Shown here one piece after another: positions 49,324 to 62,600 of a stretch of 64,000 nucleotides of DNA. Within the stretch, counting starts at the first letter, position 1. Every line of letters starts with the position of its first letter. Source of the DNA: Nymphaea colorata (Eukaryota); NCBI RefSeq assembly GCF_008831285.2, contig NC_045138.2, positions 10,044,001-10,108,000 of the forward strand. The letters are read 5' to 3'. The notes beneath the pieces are model-generated. The model had not been told where the DNA came from, did not search any database, and saw only the letters and a list, made by a program, of their open reading frames with translations. A program made the translations under genes and the position numbers.

Positions 49324-52300
49324 CTTATAAAGCAAAGTGCTCAGTGCCTCAACCATTCTGGAGACCCTAAGATATAGCATTCTGGAATAGTAAAACAAAA
49401 ATGTCAAGTATCCATAGCTGACAAAAAGCAAATCAGGAGATTCAGGATCTCAATTTCATTTATATGTACTATAACTAGAACGACAATGGCAGTGGCCAAG
49501 AAAACACAGTTGACAACGAATTCATGTTTCATTTTTGCAAGCCAAATTAATGATCATTTTAGCATCAAAAGCAAACTTCATACTGCAGAGAAGATGTTAA
49601 CAAGCCACAAAAGAAAGAAGGCATAATATGAATATTTATGCAAATGATTGTAAACGGTTGATCTGACAAAAGTACATGATATGAATATTAGCCTCGAGAA
49701 GGTTAACCTAAACTGGTTAGCAAGACTTGAATAAGTTTGCCCTTTTCACTAAAAGTAGAAGAATATTTTGATAATGGCTGACCACAGATGTAGGATAGCA
49801 CCCAATTTTATACCTCTTCCTGGTATAATATTGCCTCCTGAAGAAGGATGAAATGAGATGTGCATATCAAGTGCAGCAACATAGAGAGGAACAACATTCT
49901 ACGCTCTCTTTCGCTGCATTTGCTGTCGTGCAAGACATTACAGCTACAGAATCTACTACTTGGGAGATCAAATTCCAAGATGAATTTAGAACACTTTAGC
50001 ATGTCAAATATGGTATACAGTACTGCACCATAGTAGAAGCTCAACTCGTTATTTCTTCAGCTTATATTTTCATGCATAATATTCCCTTATGAGGTTATTG
50101 CATATTCAGCATCTCGCCTTTTGAGTGCCTATATTCTGTCCCATGCACACTCATATTCTGCCAATTTTCTTGGAGTTTAGTAACTAATAATTTCAGGTTT
50201 AGAAAGAAGCATGATTAAGAATGCAATAAGGTCAACGCAACATGACCATTTCTACCGAGCCCCTTTTACAGTCCTGTATTGAGGCCTAGCCCTTCTGCAC
50301 TGGTCCTCCAAGGAGTCAACTAGGTTTAGCACTCTTCAACCTATTTTGTTCATCTAATGCCCAATCACATGCAGTCTATGGTAGCTACAAGAAAGTTTCC
50401 GTATTTAATTGATGCATTTCTTAGTCACTATATAGCTTTGATAAAGTTTACACTCAGTTTATGGTTGAAGACCTACTTTGGACACGTCTAGACCATTGTA
50501 TAAATGAATGGAATTTTATACGTACATACATCAGTGTCCAATAAAAGCAGTCTCTATAGATTTGTGGTGAGAGAGAGAGAGAGAGAGAGAGACACGCACA
50601 CAAAGTTTGCAGCTCTAGAATGCAAGCAGTGTCTGCACCGAAGTACATGAGAAGGGTTAGAAAATGCAAATGCTTTCTCAAGGTTTCTATATGTGATTCA
50701 TGATCATTATAGTCAAAGAGATAAAATGTGCGTTTGTCTCTAAAAAAAGCTATTTCTTGCACAGAAATTCATGAGAAATGTTTCAAAATGCTTTCTCAAG
50801 ATTTGCATATGTGATTAATGATCATTAAGATCAATCAGGAAACATGTATGTTTCTCTCTAATGAAAGCAGCCTCTTGCACAGAGATTCAGGAGAAGTGCT
50901 GAAAAATGTTACAACATGTGATTACTGATCCTTGTGGCTGACAAGAGAAAATGTGTTTCTAGAGCATATCCTTCCCCTAAGTAGAATGTTCCTAAGAGAT
51001 GAATAGTATAAAGATCGATTCAAGCTGTTGTACCTGTGCCAAGCTTGTTCATAGCTGAATATTGAGCTTGACACAATCATAAACAAAACAAACATACTTT
51101 CTATAGTTCACAAAGGATTTGCACTAACCTTTCTTTCTCAAAGCAGACACAAATGATTCTTCTGTTTTAGTGCTTGTGTAAATCACTGATGGGTTTGGTT
51201 TGCTTGGTATTTCACTACAGTAAAATCATTCACAGAAATAAGTTAACTAAACAAATCAAAGAGAATGGGGCAGAAGACTGTCAGTAAAGTATGTCTTAAT
51301 GCATATGTGTACACATTTACAAGATTAGAGGAATGTGGCACATGACTTATGCCGCATGAAAAAATAGCAGTACATGGGCATCTAAAGAGAAGCAAGCATA
51401 TTGGACATATCCAAGTATGGAAAACTCAGTGAAGACCTTGATGTTAAAGTCAACAGCAAGTAACAAGATTAATTAATGGAAAGTCGTCCATTTCCATCCT
51501 ACCATACCTCCAGCACTTGAAGCTGGTGGATGCCTACATCATGATATGCAATCCCCACTCTGTTTTCATAAAAACCAGTATCTCAACTTAAAAAAATTTT
51601 AAAAAAATCAACAAATTTTAATTTATGTGCATTGGATGGCCATGTTCACTAAAATTACAATATTTGCTCCAATCCAGTGCCACAGTCTTAATAGAAGATC
51701 AAGGCTTCATTCTGTGATATTTCATAGTAAACATGCTGCTGTAAAAGTTCAAAGTCATAAAACATGACAGGGAGCCTAGCTGGATGATTACCGGTGCCCT
51801 TGCATGATACATGTCATGTAGACCTGGTCCAATGACAATTAGCCAGTGAGTTAAGAAAAGAGCCGATACATCATAGTAAACAATCGGTTTGTAACATAGC
51901 AAGATAACTTCAAGAGGATGAGTTGAAACAGTGTCCGGAATGTGATATCAAGAATGAAGCTGAATAGAAACTTATTTTATGAGAACATATTTTAGATCAG
52001 ACACTCTCCGACGCTTGTATTGATATTCTAACAATATAATTAGCTCGATGAGTGTAATAAGACAAGTACATGGAGAAAATGCTTTTACATAGAGCAAATG
52101 TCGTTAGATAAAGGAAGGTTCGGTAGGACTTGTTTCCTTTTTTCTTATAATCCTCCATAAAATGATTCTGTTGAAACCAGAGAATGTTACAACAGAGCAT
52201 TTCACCCGCACTAACAGAGCAGCAAAGCAAAAGAAACAGAAAAAAAGGGCAGCAGAGGTAAACTTCTAAATTTCTCTTCTCGTTACAACTGGAAACAAAC

Positions 52301-53709
52301 ATACTCTGCATACACCGTATGAAAAATGACACAGTATCACAGACATAATTCCATAACACAACTACCTCGTACAGACGACTCTCGCACAAGAGAGGAACTG
52401 GCGCAAACGTTTTCCCCAATTTTAGCTTATCAGAAGGAGAAAAACTAACAGCCACTAAAACGGAGAAGAAACTACATCTTGGAAAATATCCAGCACATCT
52501 TTACACACGATTCTGAAATACCTTCCATTAGCAGCACATTCCCCGAAACCAATGATCAATAACTTAAAACACTTTCCCAGCCCATTTTCTCTCTTTGTCT
52601 AAGAAAACCGAACTCCGCATCTCGTAGCAAATACGTTAAGGAAAACATCTGGCCACTCTATGAGAAAATGATCTTGTTCTTCGCCTTTTTTATCTTCTGT
52701 AAAGTCAATTGTCAATCAAGAACGGATAACAGGTTCTCTAACGATCTTCTTTCTTTATCCAAGAATTGGAGACTCGTAAAGCAGAAATGATCAAAGAAAG
52801 GAAGATCGCGGTCAACCTATGCGAAGATATTATGATTCTTTGTTTTCTTGAAGGGAAACTCGGATCAGCGGACGAGAAAACGATCTGGTTCTTCGCTTTC
52901 TTGATCTTTAGCAAAATGATTCGCGGATCGAGGATAAATAGAAATTTCGGAAGGTTACTTATCTACAAAGCGGAAGCGATTTCCATGTCTTCAAAAGAAT
53001 AAACATAGTAAAAGCAAAATTCGGCTCAAGCAAGGAGCAGATGTTCTGGTTCTATGATTTGTCCGATCTATGATTTTCGCACAGAACTTCGACAAATTGG
53101 GCGAGGATCAAGAAAACACCTGAGATTCGAACTCCTCTCGTCGACTCCTTCTGAAGGACCGTTCATTCCCTTCTCCGGTTCTCCCTCTCCTCTGCGACTT
53201 CCTAAAATTGATTTCGAAATGGTCGCCCTCCTTTTTACGGTCCTTCCCGTGTCACAATGTACACCACTTCCCCCTTGATCAAATGGATCGAGTCAGGTCC
53301 AGTTTATAGTTCACAATCATCCAAACCCAGATTTTTTTAATAAACAGCATGTCCTTCCGAGTCCGAAGTAGGTCAAACAAACACATTAACATTAGAATGG
53401 GCTAACCATCTGGGCTCCAAAATAAACGTTATCATTTCATAGATACAACAGACATTAATTAAGACTAATTAAGTTCCAGCTCCATGTACTTTTCTTTTGG
53501 ACAGTAAAATGATGGAAAGAGTGAGATTATCACGCCTAGCTAATTTCACTTTTGACATTTTAATGGACTCATTGCTCGTACAAAACACTATCTGTCTCCA
53601 AAGAAATCATATTTTTAGATGTGTCAGTTTGAATCTCCTTGTCTTCTATATCTCATGTTACATATTCTTTCATGCTGTTCAATTCACATAATTATTTTTT
53701 TCAAATTAA

Positions 53710-54560
53710 GGCCCTGTTTGATGCATAGAAAAAATCATGTGCATCGGTTGAAAACTGTACGGGCAAGTGAACTTTCACCTATTCACCTCACGACAAATCA
53801 AACGCCGTGAAATTTCACCTGAAAAACTCGTACGATCGGGTGAAATTTCACGCGGAAAAAAGTCCGACCTATTGAGGTCGGACTTTTTCGCGGAGACAAA
53901 ATTGAGAACCGTTGGGGCTCTCAATTTTTCCCCTCTTTCTCTCGTCGACGCTCCGCTTCCCCACTATCGTTGTGTCTCCTCCTCCCTCACACTCGATTGT
54001 TCCTCTCCTCTCTTGCTGCACAGGTCCTCTCCTCTCTTGCTGTGTTTCCCCTCTCACGCTGCGTCTCCTTCTCTCTCACTGCATCTCCCCTCTGTCGCTG
54101 TGTCTCCTCTCTCGCTCTCTTGTTCCTCACCTTTGCTGCTGCACAAGTCTCTCTCCTCCTCTCTCGCTGCATCTCCTCCTCTCTTGCTCTCTTGTTCCTC
54201 TCCTCTCTTGTTGCACAGGTCTCTCCTGTCAAACCCAACGTCACCTGCTTGCAGCCCCAGGTGAGCCCTATGCGTCTCTTTGTCGCTCTCTCACACGCTT
54301 GTTTGGTGAAAACTCATCTTTCCTTTTTTCTGTTTTTCATACGGGTCTCTCCTCTCTCGCTGTGTCTCCTCCTCTATCGCTGTGTCTCCCCTCTCTCGCT
54401 GTGTCTCCTCCTCTCTTGTTCTCTTGTTCCTCTTCTCTCTCGCTGCATAGGTCTTTCCTATCAAACCCAACGTCACCCGCTCGCAGCCCCAGGTGAGCCC
54501 TATGCGTCTCTTTGTCGCTCTCTCACACACTTGTTTGTTGAAAACATCTTTCCTTTTTTC
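53710..54560. mobile_element. Left end of a PIF/Harbinger-type element related to 15140-16202, with internal CT-rich repeats
   Basis: TAA|GGCCCTGTTTGATGCATAGAAAAAATCATGTGCATCGGTTGAAAA matches the 15140 terminus. It is followed by a ~250-bp duplication (CAAACCCAACGTCACC...CCCAGGTGAGCCCTATGCG at ~54230 and ~54462). The right end was not found. Confidence 0.6.
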
Positions 54561-55965
54561 TGTTTTTCATACACAGGCCTTCAATACCAACAAGAGATTT
54601 GGTCTTATCCCTCTTGAATGCTCCTTTATTCAAGTATACCTCTCACAACATGAAATTTACCCTCCTTTTGCTTTTAATTTCTGGTTCCTTTCTCGTATGA
54701 TGGTTTTTTATCTAAGTACAGATTGTTTGGCTTGAAGTTATTCCGTGTTTTCTGTCTCTCTTTGTCTCTGTAGCTATGTTTTTGATGGTTCACTGTTGTC
54801 AAAAGGCACCCACTCCAAGCTAGCTAATAAACCTGAATTTCCCTGCATCCTGTACTTCTTGACATATGATTTTTTGCATGATCTCAAATTTTCTGTTGTA
54901 GAACAAGAGACTGATTATCATTTTACTTCATTCTGTATATGAAATTGTGAATTTGGATATCATCATTGTGGTTCTGAGTCATCCAATAAGATTTGAGGCT
55001 CTGTTAGCTGTTACTGTCATTTGGGTTCTAGGTTGTCTAGGTTTGGTGAAACGAGGAACCAGCTTTTTTTGTTCTTGTGGTGGCAAGCCTTTGAGTATGT
55101 TACAAGTTGCAACTCTCTGACTTAAGTAAAACTTATACTTGCTGGAAATGTTCTAGATCCCAAAGCAAAAGGGAAGAAAACAAAAGGAATATAAGTCTTC
55201 CCTTCTTTGATTCATATGGAATTTAGTTTTGTTCATAACATTCCTATGAGGCTTTCTCCGGAACGAAGTTTAAACTCTCACAAATTGACCTTGATTTCCC
55301 TTTTTTCCCATTTAATAGACAGTTTATCAAATTGTGGAGCATCATGCATTTTGAGATCATCTCTTCTGGTGTCCCCACAAGGATTGCTGCTGAGCTTCAT
55401 TATGGCCTTTGCTTGTTTCTCTTTCTAATTTGGAGATCCAGTTATCCATGTATAGCCCATCAATGTGATCTTGATTCATAGGATGGATATCTTATGAACC
55501 TGTGAGCTTCCTTGTGTAGCTGTTCAAAGGATTGCTCGAGGACTGTAGATAGATGCTAACTCCATCAATCCCACACTCCAATTAGAAGCTGTGGTTGTCT
55601 TTTATGGGGACAAGTTTGTTTCCAGTTTGATTACCAATTGATTGCAGAGATTTTTGTAAAACTAAACTCTGAGAAGTGATGCCTTTTTAAAGAAAAATAA
55701 AAAACACTAATTATATAGCTGGTATTCATAGAACAACACGTTACCAATGTTATCTGATTGTATACATTTCACAAATGTTAAGAACCGTCCAAATATGAGC
55801 ATGCAAGATTACCAACACATTTCAAGAACTGATGCTTAAATTTCTTGGGGTTGTTGTTGATTTCATGTTATGTTGAAAAATATTGATTACGAGTCTCAGT
55901 CAATTGATGAAATGCCCTTTGATAGTTACAGAGGTTAGCAAATTCTGGTCTTTGACTCTGCCATT

Positions 55966-57263
55966 TAGGGATGTCAACAGATCCGATATCCGACCGAAAC
56001 ATTTAAAAAAATCAGATATGATAGAACATCCCAATAAAAAATCAGATTGGATATGGATTTAAAAGATGATATCTAATCGAATTTGGATTTGGTTTTAAAT
56101 AATTATCTGTTTGGATAACACTTTTCTTAATATGATATTCGAATCAGAATCCGAAGTCGCCCATCAGAATCCAAGTTCACCCATCTTAATCCTATGGAAT
56201 CCGAATCAAAAACTATAAATTTGAATCCAACGTCTTTTGAAATTATGGGTTGATGGGTTTTGAACCTGGAACTTAACTAGTTTCGGGCTGTTTTGGCAAA
56301 AGCAGTAAACAAGGGAACCAACTTAAATTATTGACAATACAATAACATAAAATCTATACAAAGAATTAAACTTTTAAGATTTATCATTCTTCCATAAACC
56401 ACCCTCTTTGACCCACGTCAATTATCGCTCAGTAGCTGGAAAATGAAGGTTCATAGCCATATTTTCTTTCTCATGGACCCTAACCCATAATAAATTTGAA
56501 TCTTATTTTAAGTATATAAGGCCGTAATAAATTATGACATTTGTTAAGTAAATTTCAACTTAAAATGAAGAAATAAGGTCAAATAAATATAATAGCAAAA
56601 AAACTTAATGAAAATAAAAGACTAGTATTTTCGAAACAAAAATAGTATAGCATTAATATATTAAAAAGTTGAACTTGGTTTATAAGAATAATGATCCATG
56701 ATTACAATTTGAGGCTATATTTTTTTTAATATGTATTTCTTGTAATTTAGACTCAAAATACATGCTTGAGACAATTTCTTTTGTTATCCAAACAAAATTT
56801 TAAATTAAAACAGAAAAACATACTTTTAAAAGTTAAATTAATGCAATCAGTTAAACAAAAATTGCTTTATTGAAGTGTTTTTTTAACTAACATTGAAATA
56901 TATACATTTAAAATCAATTTTTTTTAAAATAATAAAAAAATTATTTATTGAATTAACAAAATGGTTGGATCAAAACAAACATGGATCTACATGGTTACAT
57001 GTGAAAATCCAATATCTTTATTGGACTTGCTACCAAATGAATTAGATGCTTAAAAACAAAATTCAGACCCAAATTTAATCTACTATTTCTTATTTGATCT
57101 AGATTGGTAGTCCTTAAATGAATCTGGGTGATCAGTCAATGGGATTCAGCCATTCAGATCTTATCTACCGAAACTTATTCGATTTCATTTGATTGGTGCA
57201 ATTCAATTTGAGTTCTAATCCAAAAAAGCCATGTTCAATTCTAGAGCCAATCTTAATGCCCTA
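55966..57263. mobile_element. Degenerate hAT-type element
   Basis: TAGGGATGTCAA ... TTAATGCCCTA ends with ATCCG/GGATAT subterminal motifs; flanks share only TGCCA. Confidence 0.5.
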
Positions 57264-57974
57264 TGCCAAGTCCTAAGTATAAATCAAGGTTTTGGATGGA
57301 TGCATGTGTGAGTCTAAACATTAGAGATATAAATGACAATATGATGCATAATGCTTCATCAGATCTCAGGTAGTAACTTAATAAGGCTCATAATTGAACC
57401 TAAACCACCTGGCCAAGCTGGACCAAACAATCTAGAATGGAAAATTATAAATTCCTAAATTCATAATCAAAATATTCGACCTAACCATTATAGCGAACAT
57501 ATTTAGGTGATGAGAAGATGTTTATTTTCCAGATTTGATTTATATTTCAAAAATGACATATGTTGACATTGCAATTCTAGTTGAGCGACACCAAATAGAT
57601 GCAAGTTAATGAGCGACTTATTGAAAAAAAAAATATGTTTATTTCTTATTGTTGAAGAAAAGGTCAACAGCCATAGCATATAAAGCAATGGAGTGGGACA
57701 CCGAAACCTAAACAAATTAAAACATATTTAAACTGTATGACTTTTCAACTTCCTGCTTCCTTTTTTAGGGTTTTTCTATGGTCTCATAACCTTTTTAAAA
57801 ATATACTCCGTAGAAAGGCTGCGGGAATTTTCCCAGAATATTATTGACAAGAAATAGTTATATACAGTGACAAAAATGGGAGCCTTTAAGGCTCTCGTTC
57901 TCTGGGTATAAACACAGAAAGTGCTGCTGACCCTATCCGTGACCTTTCCATTCAAGAAAAAGATCTCTATCATT

Positions 57975-59647
57975 AGATAGAGTAAGTAGATGAATTAACT
58001 TCAGCAGCTGCAGCTGGAGGGGAGCTCCCAAGTGCACACATTCGGTTGCCAGGGCCAGATCTGCTGTAGAATGAAAACAAAAGGTCTAAATCCATTCCAT
58101 GTTGACATGATTGCACTGAATAAGAATTGCTTGAGCTACCTCGAAGAATTTCTGCCATACATCGGTAGAGGGCCCAATTAAGGGCAGCTTCCACCCTACC
58201 AGGGTGCCACCTAGCTACCCCATAGATTGGGGTACCATCTTTATATATCTAACAATGCTGGCGAATCCAGTGGAACTATGCACACAGGTGACAACCATAT
58301 GGATGCATAGAGTCCGGCCAAAACCAAGATCCAGGAATAACCTCATGTTGGAGCCGGTCCAGCAAAACCCCGTTTATCTTTCTTTACCAAGACAGAAATG
58401 TTCCTGACAAGTTGACTCCTTAGAATCCAGAAAGGCCTCTCTTCCTTCATGCTTCCCACTATTTGGAAGCTTCCAAATAAACCGCACAAGAAGGTGGTAG
58501 CAGTTCTTCCAACATCTCAATAACCATTTTCGTTCTAAACCTGCGCTGGTGCCACTACCACGAACTCGAGGGACCCCTAAACTTCCCAGTAGTATAGTCC
58601 ATAATCCTGCGATAAATGTTGCCCTTGAAGAACAGATGCTCCTTGTCCTCGACAGCATTTAGGCAGAGACAGCCAAATTGAGGCCCAATCTTTGAGCCCT
58701 GCAATCAAGAGGCAGCTTTCCCTCGCATCCCGTATAAAGAGCCCAGCTAGCTCTTGGCAGATGAGAAGCCGGCCAAATACGCTCCCGCCATTTATCAGCT
58801 ACCGCATTGGCCCTCATACCTTCGAATGATGCTCTTACGGTCCACAGTCCAGACCAGAATATCCTCCACTTGGTGATCAAGGGTCCGAAGAGTATTGCTC
58901 AAATGACTACAAAAATGTTGAATCCCACTCCATCTCCGAGAAGCATGTCATAGATTGAGATGGATTTGGTGGCTTCAATGAGTTGAGTATTTCTCACCAG
59001 GAATCAGACCTGAAGGGGAAACCATGGCACGCATCAAGCCAGAACTTCGCATGCTCACCATTGTGAACTTCTTTCTCATTTGATAAGAGATTGAAGCTTT
59101 TCCATGCTGCAAAAGTGTGACGCCACGTAGGGGAATGGTTGTTGAAAATTGATCCAGCACAACATTCTCCCCAAAATGAAGTTGCCACAAGCTCGTTCAA
59201 TCTTACGCAACACTGAGGGCGGGATCCAAAAGATAAGCCCCCAGTATTTGGGGAATAGGGCTAAGGACGTAATCCGACCAAAAAGACATGCCCGCATGAG
59301 ATAACATCTTTTGCCTCCAACATGGTAAATGTTTCCCCACTTTAACAAGCAAAGGGGAGCAGATGCTTTCAAGGAGATCACTAGTGAGCAACGGCATGCC
59401 CAGGTAAGTTAAAATGCTGCATCTGGTAGGACCAACCAAAGGTGGTTGTCATAGCATGGATTCTTGAAGGTGAAAGATTAAACCCAGTGAAATTGATGAT
59501 CGAACCTGAGCAGTTCTGAAAGTTAGCGAGACAGCATTGCAAATTTCTTATACTTCGCTTGTTAATCAACACAAAAAGCAAAATGTCGTCTGCATATAAT
59601 ATAGAAGCCACTCGAGGACATGCGCACCCAATCTAATCGATTTTTCC
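57975..59647 (-). mobile_element. L1-clade LINE ORF2, 3' part (RT YADD motif to C-terminus), degenerate
   Basis: GKID*IGCACPRVASILYADDILLFV...FQNCSGSIIN...TYLGMPL...PPSVLRKIERAC..F.W...KFWLDA, with many frameshifts. Confidence 0.88.
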
Positions 59648-62600
59648 ATAAAGAGTGTCCACAAGACAGGCTGAACCCTCTGAACAGACGGAACTCCTGC
59701 CCCCAACGCGAGCCACCGCCCCCCGTCTCTTCTTCTCCTCCGTCGCCCTGTTTCTCTTCTTCTCCTCCGTCGCCCGAGCCTTTCTCTTTCTCTCCCCCAT
59801 CTCTTCTTCTCCGTCGTCGTCTACACGGATTCTATTCGTTTCCTCTTGCTGCAGCTCATCAAAGGGCGTCCTCGAGCAGCTCCTCAGTAGGGCATTTTCC
59901 AGCGGCTCCTGGGCGGTGGCTTGATGGTGATAGTCAATCTCTCTCTCTCTCTCTCTGCTCGTTTTTTCTGCCCCCTCTCTCCCTCGACCAATTTTCAGCA
60001 CGCATTTCCAGTGGCGGCAGAGGGGTTTTATGGTGTTCTTCTTCTTCGTGAACCGACCCAGCATCTCCTACAAGCATTGCATGTTCTCCCTCTTTTCCTT
60101 CCCTCTTTGGCGTCTTTTTTGTCCTCTGTGGTTCAAGGGTTTTCTTTGAAGAGGGACGCAGATTTGTTTGAAAGGGGATACCGAATGAGGCATGGTTGGA
60201 TAAAAAAAAAAAGTATAAAACATGTTTCTTTTGCTTTCAAGGAGGGTCATGAGTTGGGTCAGCCTTTGGGGGTCTTAAATATAAGTCTGTCCTTTTGTTA
60301 TTGTGATTCTAAAGGCTTATTTTGCATACGCCCTTTCCTGATTGTGATTCTGAAGGCTTATTGTGCATTACACGCAATCAGCCTTTCAAATTTCTGCAGG
60401 TTTACAAAGTATTGCAGAAGGTTTACTGAAAGAACTGAGAATCTGCTGCTCGTTTTCCTTTGGGATTATTTGCAACAAATTTTTAATTTTTACTGGTTCT
60501 TACATATCTGCGTCACATGCCAATACTTGGGCCAGAATATAACTGCTGCACTAAAGTGACATCACATCATTCAGTTGTGATAGGTTTAGTGTGTTCATAA
60601 CATGGGATCCTCTGTATGGCTACTTCAACGAGGGTAAAGGATACTGTGAAAGAATACCTAGTGATGAGATTCAAGTGTCAAGAGCTATATTTTTGAGTTT
60701 GAACTTTGGATCAGCTTAATATTCTAATGAGCAGTAAGCGTAGATGTTGGTAATCTAGTCAGCAACCCCAATATCTCCACTTCATACACAAGAAGGGTTC
60801 ATCATGAAGAACAATGGGTCCAAACACTTGAACCCACTGGCTGTTGTGCCATAGAACATGCTCACAGATGTGTTCATGGCCAAAGGCACCATGTCATCAG
60901 CCAGTTCTGCAAACAGTGAGCTGAATCTCAGGAGGTAGCTCTTTCTGCATGTGGTGCCCTCTGGGCACACCACCAAGTCCCCTTCCTTCAGCAGCCTGTT
61001 CATGATCTCTGCATCTCTCTCTCTGTTTCTTGTTAGCCTCACTGTTTTGATAGGGGAGAGGATCTCAGAGGTTCTACTCACGCTGTAGGTCACTGGTGAC
61101 AGTGGTTTTTGCAAGCTGAGGATCATAGGGTCCAGCAGAGTCGTGTGTGAGCAGACATAGAGAACACCCTTCTAGGCGTTTCTGTCTACTCTGTCAAGCC
61201 CCTTGACTCTTATCTGCACACCATCCATGGCTGCTATTGCTCTAGCAAACTTCATGGGGAGAGAGATCCCGATTACGATTCTGAAGATGGCTAGCGGGAA
61301 GGCAAAAGGAATCCATAGAAACATAGTCACGGAGGCCATTGGAGTAGGCAAAAAGGCCAGTCTGCCATCGTGGAAGACCAGGGGCTTGGGATACTTCTCT
61401 CTTGCCATGATTGAAGAAGGCAAGCCATTCTTCTCATCTTGCCTGTACACCACATACGCTTCCTGTCATCCAAAAAGGTTGGAAAGAATCATTACTTTTT
61501 CAAATACAATGTTGGTAATCTAGTGAGTAATGATCAGACGGCATACTAAATTCAAGTTAGGAAAAGGTAAAAGCCAAATTGGTCAACAATGTTTTTCTGT
61601 AAACAATGAACTAGAGGCATTTTCATCATCAGTTATCAATGTCTACTAGGAATTTTGATTATTGCGATCTCTGCTGATTTTGTTTTTGAACAATGTATTC
61701 CTTCATTGTTAGCAATATGTCTCTGTTCTTCTCTTTTATTCCTTGGACTCTCTATTGGGGATGATGGACCTAACTAGCATTCCTCTGGTCCTGAAAGCCA
61801 CTAGAGAGAAGGAATGACCACTTGGTAAATGTCACATATGAGTGGTGGACATATATAGTTATTGGCATGTTGAAGGAATAAATTTTCTCTGCTGTGTCCT
61901 TTCATGCCATGAATTTCTGTTCTTTTTTCTTGATTCAGTCTCAAATTGTAGCCATTAAGTGTTGGGGATAACTGGAAAATACTGTGACACTGGAGTCGGA
62001 TGAATGAAAAGTCCGGTTGGAAGTTGCCTCCTATTCTTCTGTCCACTTTCCTGAGAGGATGACGTACAAAATACATTCTTTGTGTTTGCATTTTCTTGTT
62101 GTGAGGAGGACAATGAGGATGCAGAAACCAATCACAAAGCATCCTCTCTAGAGGCTTCTCAAAAAGGACACGGGAAGATGAGAACATCATCTCATGCTCC
62201 ATTGAAAAAAGAGGGACTGCTTTTAATTTTTTAATATCATAAAAGAATAGAAATTTGATGTTGCAAAACTGTAGCTTATAAATTTTTCGAGGGTATCCTT
62301 TTGAATTTTATTATTCTAGGAATAGTGTGTCGACTGAAGAGAGCATATATGAAATCACATACTATGGAAAGGGAAGAATGCCGGTGACTACACTGTTTGC
62401 TTTTACAGGTTTCTCTCTCTCTCTCTAGGGTGTGATATTTAAGTACGGTTGTTGCTTCTCATTGTAGGGATTTGGTGAGAGATGCATGCCAAGAGGTCAC
62501 TGTACATTCGGAGCTAGGCTGCACGATGATGAAATCAAATTCCTAGCCACGTTTGTGAAGTTGCAGGATGAACAAGGATGGCCGAAGATTGAAATTTATA

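Noticed and set aside
53767..54617. Three overlapping 165-215 aa Leu/Ser/Pro-rich ORFs
   Set aside because: Artefact of stop-poor CT-rich repeats inside a Harbinger-type element.
60782..61453. GPAT as a functional gene
   Set aside because: In-frame stop, truncated 3' end, no exon 1, and it sits inside an insertion within a LINE.
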